Source of the DNA: Vicugna vicugna
Taxonomy: Eukaryota
Length of the DNA: 64,000 nucleotides
Direction of reading: 5' to 3'
Assembly (NCBI GenBank): GCA_013265495.1
Contig: MU058687.1
Coordinates: 3,412,001-3,476,000 of the forward strand
Part shown: in pieces, positions 13,316 through 24,522 of the stretch
Layout of the letters: every line of letters begins with the position of its first letter
How positions within the stretch are numbered: position 1 is the first letter of the stretch
Program-made: the position numbers and the translations under genes
Notes under the pieces: model-generated
Seen by the model: only the letters and a program-made list of their open reading frames with translations
Database searches by the model: none
Told to the model about the DNA's origin: nothing

Positions 13316-13474
13316 GTGCTCGTCCTTGCTGTGAAGCAGCTGTTTCCAGAGTTTGAGTTCATGTGGCTGGTGGATGAAGCCAAGAAGAACCTGCCTTTGG
13401 AGCTGGATTTCCTCAATGAGGGGAGGAACGCTGAGAAAGTGGCCCAAATGCTCAAGCACTTTGACTTCTTAAAG
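13316..13474 (+). CDS. ADCK1: ADCK1 coding exon (159 nt, phase 0/0): VLVLAVKQLFPEFEFMWLVDEAKKNLPLELDFLNEGRNAEKVAQMLKHFDFLK
   Basis: Acceptor ttttAG ends at 13315; donor GTagga at 13475. Contains the ELDFxxEgxN motif typical of the ABC1/UbiB family. In frame with the previous exon. Confidence 0.97.
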
Positions 13475-16400
13475 GTAGGAGGGGCAGGGCCACGGGAGCC
13501 TGGTGGTCAGACGGAAGAGTGCGGGGGAGGACTGGTCCCGCCCCGTGCATCCCCACCTTGTAGGACATGAGTGGAGACATCTCCTTCCTGAGTCTTCTCT
13601 CTGAGGATGACTGATTTGTCCTTGGTGATGCACATGAAAGCCCTTGAAGGCAAAGTTACAAATTATCAAAGGGGATGGTTGACCTGTCAAACAAATAGCT
13701 GTTTATTGAGTGATCTACAATTGCAAGACCCTGAGCACTTTTGAGGGACTGTAGGTCATGGTCCCTGTGGTCTGTGAACCGTGGGATGATGACATTGATG
13801 ACAATGATGATGATGATAATGATGATGACTATAGCTAATGCTGCTGTACTCTGGCACAGTTCCTAACACTTTATGTATATTATACTGGCTCATTGAATAT
13901 ACAGGTATGCTTTCACAGAACATATGTGTCCTGGAGTCTCCACAGTATGCAAAATCACACGACAGAAACCACAGGGTTTATGGGGAAGATGAGGTTAGGC
14001 TTACAACACTCAGAAATGTCCCCAGTGACCCAGAAAATAAAATCGGATAGGAACCTGATAAAATGGTAGCAGCAGCTTTACACATGTTAAGTGGCTAAGA
14101 AATACACCAGAGTGCAGTACACCTGGCACTTTCCTTGACACGTGCTTGTGGAAGTGGGCAGCAGAAGAGTGGCTGTTATTGTGAAGAGGTGGGTGAGGGT
14201 CATCTGAAATTGGACAGAAACGTGTGACACCAGATGTGGGTGGGTGTGACCCATGACAGACGTGGCGATGTTTGAGGGGTGTGTGCTTTGTGTATTCCTG
14301 TGTGGGTCAGCTAGATGCAGTTTTCTGTGTTCCCAAAGATTCTTGCGGATGAAACTGCACATAAGCAAATGGAAAATTTGTGTTGTGATCAAATTGTTCC
14401 CTAACTTATCAGTCACATTGGAGCAGATTTGTGTTCTCAAGTATTTAGCAGAACTGCCCTGGGATAGAAGACACTTACTGTGGGAAACAACATCAAATGA
14501 CACAAAGTCCCAGCTTAGTGAGAGGTCCTGCTGGTACGGGCTCCAAGGATTCAGAAGAAGCAGCTCCCCTGGGGAGCAGGGCAGGGAGGGCTCTGCTGAG
14601 GAGTTGGCACTGGAGCTGGTCTTTGAGCCTGGCCTGATGTTCCCCGTGGGGCCCATGGAGGTTGGAATGAGAGAGATACAGGTCCACACTGCTGCTTTTC
14701 CAACACATTTTGTCCTTGGTGGGGCTTGGACCCATTTACCAGGGGTACCTTTTTATCGCAGCAGTGCAGGGGTTGGACATCTCTGGCAGTCTACAAAGGG
14801 AGCTTGGCTTTTAACTCTTGGAAGAGATCAGCCCTTTGCTCTTCACTGATGAGGCCGGGAGAATGCAGGAGGGGGAGGCACAGGGCTTCGGGTACTAGTT
14901 CTAGAGCAAATAGTCAAGTGAAGCTCTTCTTGGGGAAGGTGTCTCAGCATGTGGGCTGCAGTCTCTTGCTCTGGACACTGAAGCCACAGTGTCCACGTGG
15001 CTTCTGGGGACCTCATGAGAAATGGAGGCAGCATTTATACTGCTGCTACCAGATGATTAACAGAGATGGGGAGACTGAGGGTATGTCTACACCAGCCGCC
15101 TAGGAATCCTAAAGCCTGGTTCATGGGAGGAAGACCCACAACTGAGGTGACCAGTGTGGTGTCTTGCTACACTGATTTGGTGGAAGGTATAGCCTCTGGC
15201 GAAGTTCAGCTCTTGGAGTGTTGGGAGTCAGGTCTGTCGAGATGCCCCCCAAATGGCTTTTCCTTATGCAGCCCTAGGGAGGAAATGCCATTATTCATGC
15301 TGATCCTCTTGTGTGTGCAGATCCAGATGTGCAGACTAAATCTGGTAACATTGCCCCAGCCTTGAGGTTCAAACCACTACTTCAATGAAAACTTGGCTTT
15401 CTCACACAAGTAGTAATATTAACTAATTAGCATAATACCATAGGGTCTAAACTATGCTTCCACTTACATTTCCCTTCTCTTTCACTCCTTTATTCCACAC
15501 TTATTGAGCATTTCCTGAGCCTGTTGCTGTGCCAGAGTCTGGGAGGTGGGTGGTACCTAGATGAGTCAGAGCTGGTTGGCTCCCGCCCGAGGAGACTCCG
15601 CATTTAGTGGGGGACGAGCATACAGTGTGTTGTTATAGCACAGGTTGGTTAGCTCTATGACAGAGACTGATCTACGTTTCTGTGGAGGAAGTACTTAATT
15701 CCACCAGGATAAGGAGCTCAAAGGAGGCTTCCAAGAGTGTCGATTGTGCAAAGGGATAGACAATATTTACTATTTCTTCTGCGGCTCTGAACACTATGCA
15801 AATACCATGACACTGAAGCCTTCCAACAACCCTTGTCCCATTTTACAGATGACAGTTTTAGAGGAAGGAAGCTAGGGTACAAAAAGGATTTTCTGACTTC
15901 AACTCTGGTGCTCGTCTAAGGTCATTCTGTTGCCTCTTACCCGGCAGGGGTGGTCCTCAGCACCAGAACTATGAACCAGACGAACAGAACCATTTCCTCC
16001 ACTGTTCCCATGGAAACAGCAAAATCGTCCTCTGGCTGGGGCCAGCTAGCATCTGTCAGACCAAGACATGTAATAATAATAATAATAACAAATTTTTGAA
16101 ATGAGGATGCCAAATGGGTAAATAATTAATGTAACGATTTGACCTGCTGCTTCTAAAACCCGCACACCATTCCTAAGAAAATGGTGGAATTAAGGCTCCT
16201 GAGTAATTAATTTTTGCCTAAACACATAACAAGTGGGAAGCAAATTTTGCACTGCGAACCCAGTTCAGCTCTTAAAACAGGAGATAGATTGCTTTTGCAC
16301 ACTGGCACCCCATCACAACATCTGTGCGTAATTAAGCCTCAGCAAAGAGTTTACCTCTCAGTGTGTGAGGCATCTTCCAGTGGGGTTTAATAACCTCAGC

Positions 16401-18526
16401 CCTATGCTGTAAATCTCCAAGCCTCAGACAAGCACTGAATGCAAATGTGGTGTCAGGGAGACTGGAAAAGGGCGAGGTGGCAGCCAGGCTGAACGGTCAA
16501 GACCAGGGCATTTGTAGATTTGGCATCAGAGGTTGTGTGTGCTGTGGGGAGCAGACAGAACAAGCAGTCAGCTTTGTGATTGACCTTGGGAACAACTGGG
16601 ACAAGATAGAGGGAGAAACCTTGTAAACACAGGGTTTGGGACTGGAAGAGATGAGAGTCTGTATAAATGGAGATGGGGCTTGGTGGGGGGTTGGCTCTTG
16701 AGCAAGGCCACTCCAGGGCTTTTTAGTGCTAGAAAAGAGGCCTGGATCTCTCCAGAAATTGTGGGCAAACCCTGAGAGGATGTACATGCTTTTGGTGAAG
16801 TGCCATTAACTTCCTAAGAATCTCAAAGATTCAGAACCACTGATGTATAATAATTAATATTAACTTTTTAATATGCTTATGATGTGTTAGACACTTTATA
16901 AAGTACTGTACGTGTATTTGCCCTTTAATCCTTATACAGCCCACAAGGGAAAGATGTCCAGCCCCATGTCAGCATCAGGGAAGCTGAGACCCAGAGAGGT
17001 ACAACCACTTGCCAAAGGTTGTGCAGCTTCCTGGTAAGAGGCAGAAGCAGACTCTGAATGGAGGCAGCATGGCCCCAAGCCTGCGTGTTAAACCACTGTG
17101 CTTTTCTGCCTTTGCGATAATTTATGGGCAGATCTGAGTTTTGCTGAACTGTCTGGAGCATTAACTCTCAGCCCTGGTCATGTGTCAGAACCACCTGTCA
17201 CATTCCACATGGCTGTCAGGTGGCAGCTGTTTGCTTGTCCAGCAGGTGCAAAGTGTGTGCTGCTGTGTTGAGCACCAGGACTTCATACATGCTAGTAGGA
17301 AGCATGGAATGTTGCTTTCATTCTAATTGTCATCACTATTTTACAGGTGAGGAAATTGGCACTCAGAGAGGTTATGAAACTTAATCAAGTCACACAGCTT
17401 GGAGGTGGCAGGGCCGCGGCTCCCACCTGACAGTCTGACTCCACGTCTGTGCTCTACTCCACTGGGCTCTGGTGTTGGGAGGACTGTGGCCCTGGGTGAT
17501 GGGCGCTGGCCCAGATAAGCCAGAACCTGCTTCCCTGGTGTGTTGACCAAGCACAGGAACAAAGAGGACCAAGGCCAGGGTCAAGGCCAGTTAATGAGGC
17601 TGAGGCCTGGGTTCTTGGCCTGGAACTTTTCATAATCTGTGCCCTCATTCTTGGAGTTAGGACTGACTCCAGTTTTGGTGGGCAGACGGAGCCTAGAGGA
17701 GTGTGGCCTCTGCTCTGTGGTGAGGAGGTAGACCCCAGACCTAGAGGCCCTGATGGCGAGGGTGTGAGCCTGCCTGTGGAGTCAGCAGGCACCCTGGCCA
17801 TGAGCCTCCCAGGGTTTTTTTGTTTGTTTGTTTGGGGCCCGGGGCAGGATGGTTCTTATTGCCTGTAAACATTTTCTTTTTCATTTTCCCATCTTTGATG
17901 GAAGAAGCTGAGGATGGAATGGTCATGAAACATGGGTGTTGGAGTGAAGTGAATTAATTACACCTTATACCCCTAAACCCTCCTGCCCACATGGTGATTG
18001 AGGGGCAAGTCACTTGACCTGTGTCACCCTGTCAAGCTGAGTTTCTCTAACTGAGCAGGAAGCGCTTTTGCATTTTGCAGTTATTTCCATGTTACATCCA
18101 ACCAGCAGCAATGGTAGCCCTCCCAGAGCTTCCACAACAAACCCTCTGTCTCCCAGGTTTGACATCTCTGCCATTTCAGAGCTAAGCATCTGAAGCAGGC
18201 ACACATTCCGTTGTGAGCCTGGGACGGTTGCATTTGGAGGGAGCCCATGGAGAGGTGGAGGAGCGGGAAACCCAGCACACCGATGACCCAGACTAACAAG
18301 CCCGGAGAGCCTCCGGCTTTTGGTTCTATTTGCATCTGTGCCTCTTTCAAGGCTGTTTTCCATGTTGCCCCAGGCAGGCATAGAGGCGAGTCTGACCTCA
18401 TGTCTCCAGAGCCCCAGTCACCCACTGCCAGGCTTTGGTCCCAGACACACTGAGGAAAGAATGTAACCTCCTAATATGTCCCTTCCACTGGGAAGCGACA
18501 TAGAACAGCAGCAAACTTGCACCATA

Positions 18527-18805
18527 TATATATATATTTTTTAATTGGAGTACAGTCAATTACAATGTGTCAGTCTCTGGTGTACAGCACAATATCCCAG
18601 TCATGCATATACATTCATATATTTGTTTCCATATTTTTTCCATTAAAGGTTATTACAAGATACTGAACATAGTTCCCTGTGCTATACAAAAGAAACTTTA
18701 AAAAATCTATTTTTATATGTAGTACTAACATTTATAAATCTCCAACTCCCAAATTTACCTCCTGCCACCCCCTTTCCCCGGTAACCATAAGATTGTTTAC
18801 TAAGT
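18527..18805 (-). mobile_element. Short L1 3' end
   Basis: ttaattggagtacagtcaattacaatgtgtca...atagttccctgtgctataca; imperfect TSD cttgcac(t)cata. Confidence 0.82.
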
Positions 18806-19474
18806 CTTGCACTCATACTTTTGAAGAGACTTTTTGAAAAATGCCACGTGAGAGTGAATTTTAAGTTCAAAGTAATAGAGTTCCAGATTTCTCTACTGGC
18901 CCAGATTTTCAAATGGCAAAAACCGCAGGAAAGGACTAAGCCAAAATGACACCGCGACTTCAGTTGAAGCCTTGTTCCAGGGAGCCCAGGGCCTCTGTGT
19001 GTACAGGGCCCCCTGTACCCCCAGAGCTCCTTACTGAGTTGGAAGAGGAACAATCTCCTTTCTAATGAGGGAAATTGAGGCATGGAAGAGTTGAGTGGCT
19101 GGACTCAGACAACAGTTGTTAGCAGAACTGGGAACAGGAAACAGGTTTCTTGGCTTGAGGGCCACTATCTTATTGCTAGTTGAGCTTTGGGGGTTGGGAT
19201 GAGGGAAACCCTTCCTTATTCCCCAAAACACTTGAATGAGCTCTCCTTGCTTCTTTATTTGTAAGTGGAATAAGATCATTAAGTTGTTGAGGAATTATGG
19301 CATGCTGATAGCCCGATAATCCCTCCCTCCTGGCTATGGTGGGACTGACAGGTGTCACTCACATGGCAGCCTGGCAGTCCTTGGTGCAGCTCAATCTCTC
19401 GGCCATTCCTGAAGAAATTTGTTCTCTTTTTGGCTATTGTATGTTCTTAGAATCAGAGGTGGTTGGAGAAGCAT

Positions 19475-19950
19475 ATTAGTTAGGAATGCAGTTAGGAATG
19501 CAGTTAGGAATGCAGGTAACTGGCAGTGCAATTCAGAGTGTCTTAAGCAAAAGGGATGTGTTTTCTTCACATAGCAAGAAAGCTTGCAGGAGTTACCTGC
19601 TGATGTTGTCTCAGTGATTTGACAGAATCAGGGTTGGCATCTGTGATTTTCTTAGACTTTTCCTCTTAGTTATAAGATAGCTGCTGCAGCTCCAGGTATC
19701 ACATTCACTTTCAAGGTAGGAAGAAAGGGTAAGAAGAGATGGACTATCTACAAACGTCGCTTTTTCTCAAAAAAATAAAAACCTTTCTATAGCCCCTGGC
19801 AGACCTCCACTTATGTCTCGTAAGCTAGAACTGGGTCACATGGCCATACCTACTGCAAGGCAGGCAAGGAAAGCATTGAATTTTTCCTGTCTCTGGGGAA
19901 GAGAACTGGGAATAGGTGTTGGGTTAGGCTTCAGCACTGTCTGCCACAGG
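19475..19950 (-). mobile_element. Old MLT1 (J-like) LTR with a 12-bp tandem triplication at its end
   Basis: gctgctgcagctccaggtatcaca, ctgggtcacatggcca; (agttaggaatgc)x3 at ~19478-19513. Confidence 0.6.
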
Positions 19951-20455
19951 AGGCTTGTAGGAAGCAGGCATGAGAAAACTCATGACTTCTTCACCAAAAA
20001 ATTTATCACCCAGTAAAAATTCATTTATTCCGTCATTCATACATACATAACGTATAATAACACCCATTGCACAGATATAGAAACTGAGACAGAGGGTTGT
20101 GATTCACATGAAGAGGCTGAAATAAGCCTGGTGAGAGAGGGAAATAGCTTTTAACACCAACTCTGACTCAGATACGAGAGGTTCCATGCATTTTCTCCTA
20201 AGTCCCAGTTTCAGTGTGGGCTCCTAATTGTGTCTGGAAGGCACTGAGGAGGGTCCTCAAACAAGAGGGGCCACTAAAGGAGGCTGGGGCCCTCCCTGAG
20301 GGAGGTGGAGCAGCCTGTCCTCCTCTCTTGGCCTGCCTTCTGCTTTCCCCATCCATCCCTGCTGGGGTCCTAGGAGGAGCGTGTGCTGATGTCTGGCTCA
20401 TGTGCCTCTCTGCAGCCCTTGCCCCTGACTCCTGACATGCCCTTTCCTATGCCAG

Positions 20456-20572
20456 GTCCCCCGAATCTACTGGGAGCTGTCCACCAAGCGGGTCCTTCTG
20501 ATGGAGTTTGTGGAAGGCGGGCAGGTCAACGACAGAGACTACATGGAGAGGAACCAGATTGACGTCAATGAG
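20456..20572 (+). CDS. ADCK1: ADCK1 coding exon (117 nt, phase 0/0): VPRIYWELSTKRVLLMEFVEGGQVNDRDYMERNQIDVNE
   Basis: Acceptor cctttcctatgccAG ends at 20455; donor GTgagg at 20573. Contains the VP...VLxMEF motif. Absent from the ORF track; translated by hand. Confidence 0.96.
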
Positions 20573-21415
20573 GTGAGGTGGAGAGTGCTGGCTGATGGCG
20601 AGGGACATGGGCTTTCTTGCTGCCCTGCAGATGCAGGTGTGACCAGGTGAGATCTCATGGCCTTGAAGTGAGGCCTGTTGTCTGAAGAATTATAAAATCT
20701 CTGAGCACGGAGCAGCATTCCAGGTCATCTAGGGCAGCCCTCTGCCCCATCTTCCAGAGCTGGGGTTGGCAGCACGCAGCCAGGTGCAGGCATGTGCTGA
20801 GCCCCTCTCTGGAGCTCCTGCCTGGACAGATGATGACCACCTGTCTTCTTGTACCATCTGAGCTCCATAGCACAGAGAAGCTGGAGAACAGTGGTGTGAA
20901 ATCCATGGGACTTGATCCTCTGCCCTGTGGGGCCTAGACACCCCTCCTCCCTCTGCCTGCCCCCCCCCCCCAGATCTCCAGGCATCAGCCAAAAGGGCAC
21001 AGCTATAGCCAACTAGTAGCATAGAGCTAAAAAGGGGGGACTTCTGCCTCCCACCTGCCACACCATGGCCTCAGGGAAAGCCGGCCCATGGGCTGGGGCT
21101 TGTACCCGACTTTCTTCTAATTGGTAATCACAAGGTGCCACAGGTAGAGGTAGAGTTGTACTTTTTCAACAGCGTTCATCATTTTTTAGTCCCTAGTCTG
21201 TGCTAGGTGTGCAGGTTCAGAGGGGAACCAGACACAGTCCCCTCTGTTAACGAGTACACAGCCTGGTGTTGGGGTCAGGCACACAACCTTATCCTTAACA
21301 GGCATCTCTCGGGGAGCATTGGGTATGAACAAGTGCCCCGGGAGCCTCAAGGAAGATGCATTCACTTCTGCCCAGGTCGGCTTCCCTAGCAGGATGAGTG
21401 GGGATTTGCCAGGCG

Positions 21416-21442
21416 TGTGTGTGTGTGTGTGTGTGTGTGTGT
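21416..21442. repeat. (GT)n microsatellite
   Basis: Seen directly. Confidence 0.95.
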
Positions 21443-23369
21443 CAGAATCTCCAAGGTGGGGGCAGAGCTGGCACTGCCAGGAAGGGAGAAGGAGTGGTGA
21501 GTTTTTGCGGGGCTGCAGGCAGATGGTGTGGGGCCTTGGGTGTGGCCCCGAGGTACTGAGGAGTCACTGAAGGGTGTTGAGGAGTGCAGTGCTGTGACCC
21601 ACCTGGCTGGTGGGAGGAAGGAATGAAAGGGACCAGACCCAATAGAAGTGAATGCTCTTTCCTACTCTCTCCAGGCAACACACGAAGAGGAGCCTATGGT
21701 CCCAGTGGTGGGATGGCCTAGATGAAAAAGTTGCACCTTGGCTTAGCAGATCAGCCAGGTGGCAGGAGAGTGTGCAGGTTGGAAGCCCAGGCCCCGAGTG
21801 CCTGTGTGGTCTCTGTCAATGGGGAGGATGATAGCCCTGCTTCTGAGATAGCTGTGAGGACCAGAAGAGTTAGTGCACAGCGGTGTTTAGCACAGTGCCT
21901 GGCATGTGCTTGGCCCTCCCAAATGGTAGCAAGACTGTTGTTCTCCCTCTTTTCTTTGGGCTCTGTCCTTTCCTCCCTCCTCCTTTATCTCTTTTTACCA
22001 TTAATGTTTGCTGAAAGTCTGATTCCCTGTGCCAGGCCCTTTTCTCCACAGTAAACTTAGGAGGGAGGTCTTACTGTCTCCATTTTGCAGAAGAGGAGTC
22101 AGGGATTCAGAAAGGGGAGGTAACTTGCCCCAGGTCACCCAGCCAGTAGAGCTGGGATTGAAACCCAAGTCTCTGACTCCAATACTTCTCTTGGTTCATA
22201 AAAGGAGTGACTGCATCAGAAGGTGTGGAGTAGCTGCCAGAAGCATGGCTGGGAAAGGTTCAGCCACAGCTGGTCTTGGCCTCCTGTGGGCAGCTGTTGT
22301 CCCCGGACTTGGGGAACCCTTTAGGTGCTGCAGGGTATGTATGTAGGAGGCTGGATGGGCCTCCCTACTCCCTAAGCTGGTTCACCCCGGGCAGTTCTGC
22401 CATTACCCAAGCTGCCTATTGGGCTGTCCTGGAAGTGATCTGTGGCTTGGGGACACGGGGCAGGGGAGGATAAGAAAACTACTGCTCCAGTTCAACCCTC
22501 TGCTTTACTGACTTTGAAGCATGGAGACAGAGCGAGCAAATGCCTTTCCTGAGTAGCACAACTCGGGGCTTTTCACTCTGCTTCCTTCACTGTCAGCTTC
22601 TCGGGTGGGCCTGGGGAGGGCATCTGGGCAGAACTTCCTGCAGAGGAGGGAGGGGGAAGACCTGCTTGCCCACCTCCTCCGCTGTTGGTTGGGATGGGGG
22701 TGCATCCCTGAGGGATCCTTTGTCCACCGGGACCCTTGAGTACCAAGTTGTTGGCTCCAGTGAGGAGGGGAAGAGAGAGGAGGGTAGGGAAGGCAGGTTA
22801 CCTCTTGTTTATCCTGGTCAGCCTTAAAGGGGACCAGGGTCTCTCTGCCTGCTGATCAGGAAGGATCCCAGGGGCCTCAGGTTACTGGCGTTTATGTACT
22901 GCCAGCGGCAGTGGGCTTTTCCTCCCAGCAGCGCCCCAGAATCCACTCATGGCTTTGGATCTGTTGAGCTGAGGGCTGTAATTGCGTTTAATCAGAGGCA
23001 GCTTTGATTTTCAAAGAGAAGTGCAAACAAAGATGTCCTCTGGTGTGGTTGCTTGCTTGTGGCTGAGTGAGGCACCTGGGAGGAGGCTGGAGGTGGCCTG
23101 GGGGAGCTGGGCTGGGTGGTGCCCTCTGAGGGCCTGGGTTCATCTGCTCCTGCTTCCACCCGTCTTCAAACAGCTTTATGGATAAGGCCAGCGTTCTGTG
23201 CAGAGCAGACCCTTGGTAGACATCCTGTGATTAGCGAATGAATAAATAAGTCAGCCTCATGCCTTGGGTCAGCCTATATGAGGCAGAGCTGGGGTAGAGT
23301 GTTGGTTTTTGTTTTCTGTGGACATACAGAGTTGGTCAGGCTGATATGAGTGATTTGGGAAAACCAATA

Positions 23370-23580
23370 GCAATAGTTATTATAAGCAACTAATATGTAC
23401 CAAGCATGTGACAACATAGAATCTCTATTCCTTATAGATGTCCTGCCAAGGATATGTCATTAATCACATTTATAGATGAGAAGGCTGAAGATCAGAGAGG
23501 TTAAACAACTTGCCCAACATCACACAGCTAGCAGGGGCAGAGTTGGGAGTCAAATCCAGATGTGCATGATTTCAAAGCCC
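23370..23580 (-). repeat. MIR SINE
   Basis: catttatagatgagaaggctgaagatcagagaggttaaacaacttgcccaacatcacacagcta. Confidence 0.75.
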
Positions 23581-24354
23581 TTGCTCCTCCACCTACTCCC
23601 TCTCCCTCCCAGAAATCTGCATGGGGCTGCAGTGGAACCTGGGGCCACCGGGTGACAGCCACACCAGTAACTCCTTTTGAAGGAGTCAGAATTCTGGCTG
23701 AGACGCTTTGCCCAGCTCCCAGGGCACCATCTGAATGCAGCCTTTCTCTTGCTTACATCAAGGGTTGTTTTATCCATTTCATACAAACGTTATTTCATTT
23801 TCTAGGAATGTTGTGAGGACTAGATACGAACTCTCATCTGAAAGACTTTTACTCACATGGAGTGAATGACAAGGGGCAAAGATCTCACCCCAAATCCTGG
23901 TGGGTAGTGTAGTTCGTGGCATCTTGGCTGCTACAAGCTGGTGACTCAGGGAAGATGGGCCCCAGCAGAAAATGGCTCTAGAAGGAATTTCTCTCAAGGT
24001 GGGTGGGGATGGCTCCAGACCCCTCCAAACACTTGCTATTCATCCCCACTCCACTTTGAACAGGCCCTCTCACCCTACAGCATACCAGCCCAGCTGGGTC
24101 CAGCATGTGAGGACCTGAAGACCAGGCTAAGTAGCCAGATCTTAATAGACTTGGGTAAGGAAACACCAAGTTAGGAGGCAGGAGAGCTGAATTCAAACTC
24201 CATCTCTGCCAGTGGCCTTCTGTGTGACCTTGGACAAATCCCTGCTTCTGGGCCTTCATCTTCTTACTGAAGGCATTGGGATAGCTGGACTCTAAGGATC
24301 CATCCTGCTTGGATGCTTTACAGAACAGTGACTCTTGTCTTGCTGGGAGGTAAA

Positions 24355-24522
24355 ACTTGAACTATCTATTTCAGAATCACTAAGGAAGCTTAACAGTGCA
24401 GATTCCTGGGCCCAACCCCAATCTTATCAGAATCTAGGTTGGGAAGGGTTGCAAGGGGTTATAAGAATGCCTATCAACAGATTCTCCAGGTGGCTGACAC
24501 CCATTGAAATTCAGGAACCACC
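24355..24522. mobile_element. MER5A-like fragment
   Basis: cagaatcac..tgcagattcctgggcccaacccc..tcagaatct..ctccaggtg..gaaccac. Confidence 0.55.

Noticed and set aside
14087..14849. Overlapping ~200-aa ORFs on both strands
   Set aside because: No recognisable domain, intronic, and partly over L2-like sequence; chance ORFs.
19478..19515. Direct repeats suggestive of a CRISPR-like array
   Set aside because: A simple 12-bp tandem triplication without spacers, in mammalian DNA.
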